From Octopus bimaculoides (Eukaryota): a stretch of DNA of 64,000 bases. Shown piece after piece: positions 54,312-64,000 of this stretch; position 1 is the first letter of the stretch, and each line of letters starts with the position of its first letter. Under the pieces are notes generated by a model. The model was not told the origin of the DNA, did not search any database, and worked only from the letters and a program-made list of their open reading frames with translations. Both the position numbers and the translations under genes were made by a program. The stretch is from assembly GCF_001194135.2 (NCBI RefSeq), contig NC_068985.1, forward strand, positions 68,099,960-68,163,959, written 5' to 3'.

Positions 54312-57304
54312 CACTTCTGTAAGGGAAAGCGGGAAGCAAAGCGAGAAATAGTTGACGAGAAAGAAGGAAGAGATGAACTAATATTTTAAAATCGACAAAT
54401 CGTCTAAAATTTTATAGTAAGTGAAGTCATAAATTGCTATCATGCAATATTTATTCATTTTTCGTATCCAATTAAAGAGATATGAAGTAAATCTTTGCAA
54501 CTGGGGACATAAAGTGGGCATAGAACCCTATTGAAAATGATAGGATCCATTAAGCTGCTAATGAATAACATTCGTCACACCAATATAATTACTTTATATA
54601 CAGACACATTTTCAATGCAGCAGCAGCTTGGGTATGTCAACATATTTTTGAAAGTATCTGTCATTTTAAAAATATCATATCAAGACCTTCATAAGTCGTA
54701 GTTATATTTGCTGGAAATTGGATTCAAATTGGTGGCTGTGAAATAAAAAACCACGGCACTAAACAAAAATATAATGCTAGAAATTGACTGACATTTTGTT
54801 GGTTTCAAGACTTTAGATTCAATTTCAACAAGGAAGCCCCTGGTATTCATATGACTACTGATGAAATATCTGTTTATAATGTAAAATTTGTCATTCTAAA
54901 CTATTCAATAGTGAGAAAAATCGAAAAACAATTTGAATGTAGCGTATAATGTATGCTATGAACACTGATGTGAAATGAATTTTCTGTTCAAATTTACCAG
55001 ATTTTCATTGTTTATTTCCGGAGAAAATTTCTGTAAGTTTATACATAGATTTTAGTAGAGAACAAGGCCAAAATAATCAGAAAATTTTATTTTCATTTTA
55101 AACATGGACCCATGTAGCGTTAAAAAATTTGGTAGATATTTACATTTCTACATATTTCATTAGAAAAAGCTTTCCTATTACACAATCCTTTTCTTTCTGT
55201 CTAGAAAAACATCACTGAATAAAATTACATTATTACGTTTCTCATCTCTACTTTCTTTTCCCTTATAATTTTTTTTACCACACGATAAATAGAATTAGAT
55301 TACCCTAGGACATCTAAAATATGAGATTGACATATAACACTTGGTGTTTCATGTAGATGACATATTTTTATTATTTAAATTATTTACTCCTTCTTATTTC
55401 TGTCAATTTCAAAAACATTTCCATGAAACATTATTAAAGCAAGCGTGAGCTGCTTCTGATTTTCAAACGGTTTCAAACGTAATCTTTGTATGCTTGTTTT
55501 AAAATGGTAAGTTCGTGATAGGATGTGTACATATTTTACATATGAACGAATGAACAGGCGAATGAGAGAGAGAGGGTGGTGGTGGTGAAAGGAGGGTGGA
55601 CGAAAGAGATGTAGAGGGAGAAGGAGAGAGGGGGGGAAAGAAACGGAGAGATAGAACAAGAGTTCGAAAATAGAAGTGAAATCGTTTGCTTTTTGTTCTG
55701 TGTGCTTAACATTTACCGTAACAAACCAGCAAATGAAATAACATTCGGTTAAAATTTTATCATGTGAATGTTCTAGTAATTTCCTTAACACTGATTCAAT
55801 TTTATGATAATATTAATTATGTTAATGACATCTTTTCACTTGGAGTATCACTTTACAGGATTAAGTGTTTTACGGAAATTTCTCTTCAAATGTAGAAAGA
55901 TCTTAATGCCAGGAGAATAAAATAACTGAAAGGAAAAATAATGGAAAAGATTTTCGCTTCCTTTGGTTATGATATCTTTTCATATATTCCTTTAAGTTTT
56001 TCGAATGATGTCATGACAACATGACATTAAAGGAAACTATCTTAATTGTGTGTTAATTGTAGTGTTGTCATTTATAATTTGCCTATTTTTTGAATCGTCA
56101 ATTGCACATTTTATCACATTATGGCTGTGTGATGTAAATTTAATATGAATCGACTGTGACATTTCGAAAATTACACTTCTTGTATTGCTATTAATGAAGA
56201 TTTCTGTTTTGAATATTTTCTGTCAGTTAAGCTTGTTTTAAATAAATTTTTGTTCCCTGTTCAGAGAAGGAAGGACATTAATCACGGCTTTTCTAGTACC
56301 TCGGCTCGGAGTGTCGTACGATGAACGAAAGAATCATGTTACCCGCTAGGCTTGGAAACGGGCCCGAGTGCTAAATGCAATCATGGACCAAATAGTGGTA
56401 TGAAAGAGAACGAATTCTTTTACGTGTTTCAGTCATTTGACGGCAGCCATACTAGAGCACCACCTTGAATGATAAAGTTTATAACACATGAAAATGAATG
56501 CTCTAAATATGGGATTCCCCACATTCTTTATCTAGAAAATTCTATTTAGAGAACTCCGATCAATCAGATACTATGAGAGTAGGGTATCCCTAAATATGCA
56601 ACGCAATAAGGTCATACTGAAAAAGCAAGATTCTTAATATCTCAGCACTACTTGTTGATAGCGATAAAATAATGATGATTCAGTGAAATGTGCTGAACTA
56701 AATAAGAATTTGTGATATATATTTATCACAATAGGAAAACAATCAAATGTTGCTCTTATTGTAAGTATTCAATCTATAAGAGTTTTTGTGAAGTTATTTA
56801 TTGGAAATCGTAAAAGGAATCTTGCTGCCGCACTTGTTTTTTAGCCTTACGTCAATCATAATTGAGTAAACATGGAGTTATGCGAATTCATGCATTGAAC
56901 ACCTCAACTTAGATGCTATATATTGCCAAGACCAGTTTCTCCACTGTATCCATTCCATTTCGATGATGGAATTGTGATTTGAAGAAATTATGAATGCTAT
57001 TGCTTGCAGTTCTAGCGACCACCTTCTTGGTATAGCTGTCACGCATTTACTCAGAGTACAGTACGCCAGTCTCATAATACTATGAATCAATGTTAAAACA
57101 GTCTTCTTTTTCCGTTCAGTCAACACCCATCGAACAAATTTATTCCAGTATTGAACATCCTGTCTCTTTTTGCAGACATAGCACAGTGTATAGAGGAATA
57201 TACAATTCAATGCATCCTTTTTTATAGAAACAATAGGATGAATTGTTGCATTTGTTTGTTGGATTTGTTGTAATTGTCGACTGATTATATAGGATTCGAA
57301 TCCA

Positions 57305-57477
57305 GGTAAAACAAAAAGTCACATATAAAAAGTCGCAGGAAAAGAAGTCGAAGGGGATTTTGTATGGAGTGGGTTATTGTCTTGATTCCATAAATTAATT
57401 GTGACTTTTTTCCTGTGACATTTTTCCTAGCCAAAATTATGAGTTTATTACTAACTTCTTCATGTGACTTTATTACC
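57305..57477. repeat. Short fold-back element with repeated AAAAGTCAC/GTGACTTTT motifs (possible MITE)
   Basis: Left GGTAAAACAAAAAGTCACAT..AAAAAGTCGCAGGAAAAGAAGTC; right GTGACTTTTTTCCTGTGACATTTTT and ATGTGACTTTATTACC. Confidence 0.55.
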
Positions 57478-58520
57478 AGTCGCCTAGGAAGCTCCTCGAT
57501 GTCAAAGGTGATTGATGGTTGTTATTGTAGATTGACCAAAAAAACCTATGAATAAGAATTTTACATCCATGAACGTCGCATCAAGAAATACTTTATGCAT
57601 CATGATGCATTTCCATTTCGAAATTTGTGCGAATTGACTATTGTGTTCGAGATTTGACTGTTCGAACGACCGCTGACATGGTAGCATGAAACGCAAGCGG
57701 TCGGTCTCAAACTGGCTATCTAGCTGCTTCTCTTCCATTCTTTCTGTCACTGTACAATGAGATAACATCGAAAGTGTGTTTTATCTATACTTATACGGTA
57801 ATTACCATCATTATGATGGAAATAACGTGAACTTATTGTATTTTTCAAGCAAATATAGTATAATTCCCATTGAAATATTTAGTAGTCAATCAGCAATTAG
57901 TTCGTCTCATGACAAAGGACACAGTGTCCAGCCATAAAAAAAGAGATTACGAAGAGAAATAAACATAATAATGTCTTATTGAGATACAGTACAGATGTTA
58001 CATATGTCCCTATAACCAAGATGTTAAAGCATTAGTTCTAGCAATAAAACTTATTAATGTGTATATAATAAGGTAATATTTCCATGCTGACATATATCAA
58101 CAGAAGTGCGATGAAATATGCAGTAAATAACTTATTTGATAGTAATCAGAAAATCTGCCTATCATAAATTATATTTGTTGAAAGTCGATATAGAAATAAC
58201 AGTTTCTTATGTGTCTAATAAACATACCACATTTGAAAGACAAGAAAATGTGTGAAGTTTGATGGGTGTTGATAGAAATCTTAGAAATGTCTTCATCACT
58301 TGATCAAAATTTCATGAATCAGCAATAGACGACGTAAACGACAGAGAAAACAAATATAAATAAACAATCTCGTTAATACATAATAACGCCAACGCACAGG
58401 GTTGATTTAACATTAGCAGACAGGTTCGTAACAGGTAATTAATCAGAATATGTCGAAATGTGCGCGCCTCTCTCTCTCTCTCTCACACACTCTCTCTTGC
58501 TCTCTCTCTCTCTATCTCAG

Positions 58521-58559
<39 letters not shown>

Positions 58560-58865
58560 NNNNNNNNNNNNNNNNNNNNNNNNNNNNNNNNNNNNNNNNN
58601 NNNNNNNNNNNNNNNNNNNNNNNNNNNNNNNNNNNNNNNNNNNNNNNNNNNNNNNNNNNNNNNNNNNNNNNNNNNNNNNNNNNNNNNNNNNNNNNNNNNN
58701 NNNNNNNNNNNNNNNNNNNNNNNNNNNNNNNNNNNNNNNNNNNNNNNNNNNNNNNNNNNNNNNNNNNNNNNNNNNNNNNNNNNNNNNNNNNNNNNNNNNN
58801 NNNNNNNNNNNNNNNNNNNNNNNNNNNNNNNNNNNNNNNNNNNNNNNNNNNNNNNNNNNNNNNNN

Positions 58866-58907
<42 letters not shown>

Positions 58908-58910
<3 letters not shown>

Positions 58911-59060
58911 CATAGTAAGCACATAAATGCGAAACAAAGTGGAAAAAATAGTACTCGCATACCAGAGGTAGAGTAATATGCTTTATTAAAAAGCAGCAGA
59001 AATATCACAAAAAACTGTTACTCAGAGTTTCATGTCCCCGTTCGTCGGACAGTTTTGTGT
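58908..59060 (-). mobile_element. Short solo pseudo-LTR-like repeat (Penelope type) carrying a hammerhead and AATAAA
   Basis: On -, the hammerhead is at the 5' end, AATAAA follows (plus TTTATT 58982-58987), and the unit runs into (CA)n(TA)n. No ORF is adjacent. Confidence 0.55.
59011..59056 (-). ncRNA. Minimal type I hammerhead ribozyme, U4C core variant
   Basis: Minus strand: AAAACUGU-CCGACGA-ACG(GGGA)CAU-GAAA-CUC(U)GAG-UA-ACAGUUUU. Perfect 8-bp stem I, GUA triplet and near-palindromic stem III. Confidence 0.75.
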
Positions 59061-62000
59061 AGAAAACATAAATCCGAAAGAAACACACTCTAATATGTAG
59101 AGCAGTATATACTAAAAGTTTGGTATGCCGGTTTATGGGATATTTAGGTTTCCCGTCCTTAAAAAGGTTTAGCTTTATGGTGTATTGTCATATCCCCAAA
59201 ATCTGTTTGCGCAATATTTCATCTTGTAGTGTCTGCATTTCCTCCTCAATGTATTTGAGAGGCCATGGGCCAACTGGTTTTTGGGATCTGACGATACGCC
59301 ATATATTTAAACACTTCATGAACGGGAAAACTAAGGTAATCCCATAAACCGGCCTTCCCCATTCTTAGTACATTTGTAACGGTTAAGATTTGTTAGGTAC
59401 ACAATATTATGAAATGTCAGAGTCAGCAGTTGCGACGATAAAAATTTGTTGTTATAAGATGGGAAGTATGAACAATGCATGGATTTTTAAGAAAGTATTT
59501 ATTTACTGTTACGTGGAACAATACCACACCTCGACGGGCAGGTTATAAAATCCTAGAGCATACGTAAGAAAGATGTGGTAGAATGTTTCTTTGCATAGTT
59601 TGGCGTATACGAATTGTTAGTAGTAATCCACAGACAGCGATAGAATGTTGTAAGAGAACAGAATTAGAGCTAGTGAAAGTTGTAGGGTGTGGACGTTGTC
59701 TCACAGTTGCTGATAGTAAACTTCATTTCTCCCTCTTGCCAAGGTTCTAGCTGGTCAGCCAGACTTCGTTCTCATTGAGTCGTCACCATGTGATTCAAAT
59801 CGTTGAGTCATCACCGACTGATGACTGAACTGTCTTTTTCTTGCGGGCTCTTGTTTTTATAACTATCCAGAAGGATAGACATATTGAGAAGAATGGATTT
59901 AGTTGGTGGTCTTGTTATCTCTATTCTAGCTTTTGGTGAAGTAGAAGAGGTTAGAAAGGGTCCAGTGGTGATGACTTCGGCCTAGCTAAAGGCATCTGGA
60001 AAATGTAAAACTGCTGTCAGAAAAAAACCTTTGTTCCACCGTGGGAAACGTTCTGTTGCAGAGTTAATTTAAATTTGGCTATAGTGGATCGAATCCACTT
60101 CATGCATGCAAGATCCACTACATATATACATGGAAGTATGTCAAGGTAGAAAATGGTTAAGTAATTTTATTAAAAAAACATTTCAGATATCGATGGCCCC
60201 AAATAAGGACCGTATCAGATATTATATATATATATATATATATATATGGTTCAAAAATATTATAAACGCAGAGAACAGTTGAAAGGACAATAGACAGAGT
60301 GTATTAGTTTAATGCTAAGGAACAATGGTAGAAGCTTTAACATTTTGAGCCTACACACTTCTACAGAAAAGAATGCGGAGAGAAAACATAACATCTGAAC
60401 TGATTATTAATATTGCTATGCCTAAGAGAAATCACAACACACACACGCGGATATTTTACATAATTTATTTCGGAGTTTCTATGATAATCTAATTATCGAT
60501 AAACACTGAACAAGCCAGTATTTCTAACAATATAATTTAAAAACATACATGCTTACTATGGACTTCCGGTAACGCATGCACAATGACCTCTTTCTACACT
60601 GGGGCCCTCGCTTCAAGGAAGTTACCATGACCGGACAATAGTTTGTGCTCATGGGCGCAAGTGACGTGTTCGTTTTTGAATTTCTCCTTGGCAAACATTG
60701 CATATTCGAACTTCTTTAATACTTCCTTTACTATCTGTATGTGATATAAGCCATTAAAAAATGTTCGTTGCATTTTTCTTATATACTTATTTTCATTAAC
60801 GGCTTACGTTTTTAGCCTGTTTCAATTACTGACAACGTTTTATGTTGAAACATTTTCGTTAGTTAGATTTACACTTATTATTACAATTTTTATATTTTTT
60901 TTCCAGTTAATATTCCTAATTTATTCATAGCTTTTATTCTTAATTTTAAACGCACGTTCTCTTAACTGCTTTGCAATATTTCATCTTATAGTGTCTGCAT
61001 TTTCAACTGTTTGTATGCTTTACCAGCGTTTAGCTAAGAATATTTCATTGCTTTAAATACGGTAAGTATACATTTCTCTTTTCATCACAAGAAATACTAA
61101 GAATACATTGCGATTAAATATATAGATACCGACTTACTTCACTTTCATTTTGTATGCAACGATATTTAATTACATAACTGCATATTATATACAAAAACAA
61201 CAACACATCTTTCGTTCGGTTTGCATCAAAAGGGAAAAGGATAGCAATGTGAGCGAAGGTGAAGAATACGCACACCACACGTTTTCGAGGTTTAGGGTTA
61301 GGGCTACACCGAAAACTAGTGGTGCGCGTATTCTTAACCTCCGCCAATAATATGAAAGACAACGTGCCAATTTTTCACTACACATAAATGCATAGAGGAA
61401 AACGGTATTTACGATGATATTCCGTGTAGTAACGAGTACCAACTATATTAAAAAGCATTGAAGTCGGTATATAGTTAATTTAGTACGATCGTTTCACAGT
61501 TAAGAGCAAAGAATACTCCATTCTGATCTTCAGCTAAATATTCTAATAAATTTGTTAATGTCTAAATAACTCACGTTACATAATATAGGGATCAGCAAAA
61601 GTTGCTTCACCAACATACAGGAAATTTAGAAATAGCAGTTAAATTTACTAATTCTAACTACAATTAAGTCTCTAACAGATAGCGATACTCATGGCTTCGT
61701 GCGGTCTCCTTGTTTGATGATGGATTCGCCTTTTCATGAGATGCTATCCATTATTGTTTTCGCTGGATGTTGATATAGACAACCAATGTTTCATAACTTC
61801 TGATAATTATACCCACAAATATTTCAGTAGCATGCCTACGCCTGAATGACGAACAAAATGGACCTACAGTCCAAGTTTAGACATGTTTCTCTAGTCTATG
61901 AATGTGTTTTATGATCGGAGAGTATGTTGAACAGAACTGCTTTCTAATCCGCTTGCAGTTTGCTTTGGATTGTCCTGGATTGCAGTTTTCAGATGTTCAG

Positions 62001-62585
62001 TAATAGCTGAAATTAGTTGTCAGATTGAGGTAATCTGTGAAACAAAAATTTCTCGAGAAAAATTGGCGAAACAATCATTGACATGTACGGAAACATAAAG
62101 TTTTATTTCCATAGAACCAATATTTCTCGCCGCCTCCAACGTAGAAGAGCCTCTTTAGATTTCACCCAGTATGCAGTTTTTGACAAAGTCTGATCTAAAA
62201 TAATTTTAAAAGAGTAAAATCGATACAAATTTAACTACTGTCGTATAAGGTAATCTGGTAAGAAAGAATAAATACATTAGGATATTAACATTAATGCTTA
62301 GTGTATTGTTTTGAAAAAAAGTACTTTCAAAGTGATCGGTTCAAAAATGCTACATGATACTTTGCCTACCTAATACGTCTCTTAGATATTGTTTTTCAGA
62401 AGTGAGTAAAGGTTTAGGAATCTACCAAAAGTATTCACTCAGGCAATGTAAACAATGTTAAAAGCACCATTTTAATACTTTTCATATGAATGAATAAAAA
62501 TGGAAACATTCTGCTTTAGTTTTTCATTTAAGTATATAACTTCAATATATATATATATATATATATATATNNNNNNNNNNATATA

Positions 62586-62617
<32 letters not shown>

Positions 62618-62899
62618 GGTGTTAGTGTATTCTCTGATGTGTGACAGCGTTTGTGTCAGTGTACGCTTGTCCATGTGTTTATTCGTTTATATATATGTAT
62701 GAATATGCAGTAGTATTCTTTGGTGCAATACACATTTGCAGATGATTTCCAATTGCTACGTAACGGTTACCTTACATAACTACGAAGCGTCCGTATCAAA
62801 TGCATTCAAAAGGACAATTTTTATGATTATTCCGATGTGGTTATATATGCATATATGCGTGTGTGCATGTGAGTGGTGTGTGGGGGTGGGGAGGCAAAA

Positions 62900-63880
62900 T
62901 GGACAGTCAATTAAAAAGAGACAAATTAGCGTTTTCGACACCTGGTATTACATGCTTTCAGTGAAGTTTACAAAGCTGCAAAATTCACTGGAGACGTTTG
63001 TCCTGTAAAGTGAGAAGTCACTAGTATTGCAAGAATGGCACAAACATGGTTTTCATGCTTGAAGAAGAGAAAATTTCCATCTCAAGACATTTTATATTCC
63101 AGCCGATATGCTTGGTCCAATGAATATCGATGAAACCATCTCGTCCACCAAGATCCAAGTTTGCTCAATAAGGAATTGGTCCAGCAGATAGAATACTTCC
63201 ATGTTACTGTTGACCGTCATCTTCACCTGATGGTTAGGATCCTAAAACTGAGTGCATGGGTTCCACACGCTATGAAAGAAAGTGAGAAACACCAGCGTTC
63301 TTCGATTGTCAACAGTTTGTTCGCTCGACACCAGGGTATGGTGAGCCCAGAGATGTTTTTACTCAGTAGTCACCGGCGACGAAAAAGAGTGTCTTTACTT
63401 CAATATAACACCAAGAAAAAATCGGTGACTCCCGAAAAGCAAGCCCATAGTCGAAGCAAGACAGAACCCTATCCATGCAAAACCGGGCTGAAACGAACCG
63501 ACGGGTGTCACTGCCTGCTTTTTCAACAAGCTAAAACTCGCCACTTTGTCACTAAGTTAATCACAGCTGCTTTCCAATTGATCGATTGAGTAGCGGTATA
63601 ACCGCATTCTCCTGTTATAACGCATTTTCGATTGTTACCTTTGTCGGTTTCCCTCCAAATGTCTGCTGGGCGTTTTGCTTTTGAAACCCTTACGAAGCGA
63701 AACTGAAATCATGGCTTAATAAATCATTCTAGTCAAGACCAGTGATTTCTCATCAAAACACTTGCAAACTATTGGAAAGTTGGCAAGATGGTGTGAACAA
63801 TGAAGGAGAATATGTTAACTGAATCGTTAAAATTGATTTTAAAAAATGATTAAAATAAATGGAAAACAGAATTTGTCTGG
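62900..63880 (+). mobile_element. Old, strongly decayed mariner transposase remnant
   Basis: FRHLVLHAF, LKLSAWVPHA, VTGDEK, and degenerate catalytic and C-terminal segments (VNNEGEY). TIRs are not clearly recognisable. Confidence 0.8.
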
Positions 63881-63924
63881 GGAAGCTCATATATTCATAC
63901 GTACATATAGAGATACACACACGC

Positions 63925-63925
<1 letters not shown>

Positions 63926-64000
<75 letters not shown>
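63926..64000. repeat. (TA)n(TG)n microsatellite at window end
   Basis: Direct reading. Confidence 0.97.

Noticed and set aside
57291-57302. GGATTCGAATCC as a tRNA T-loop/B-box
   Set aside because: There is no upstream A-box, D arm or acceptor stem; it is just a 12-bp palindrome.

Overview
This is AT-rich, microsatellite-dense eukaryotic DNA from a draft assembly with many N gaps and one Illumina adapter remnant. The repeat families resemble those I recall from Octopus or other coleoid cephalopods; the species assignment is inference only. I found no intact protein-coding gene, rRNA, tRNA or CRISPR array, and most ORFs in the supplied track are microsatellite, gap or transposon artefacts. The window is mainly decayed mobile elements: at least four mariner (DD34D) remnants, three mariner-derived MITEs, three Penelope-like (RT + GIY-YIG) remnants, RTE LINE fragments, one very old APE-RT LINE, and tRNA-derived and RTE-tail SINEs. 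The most interesting signals are: (1) a well-formed minimal type I hammerhead ribozyme with a non-canonical CCGACGA core at 59011-59056 (-), plus two more hammerhead-like motifs downstream of Penelope remnants (13044-13106 +, 33265-33301 +); (2) mariner fold-back derivatives built from two left ends (7947-8591) or two right ends (20845-21093); (3) a CpG-depleted block of about 12.5 kb (~38.8-51.35 kb) that looks like a methylated gene body and holds weak candidate exons, one resembling kinase subdomain VIa.
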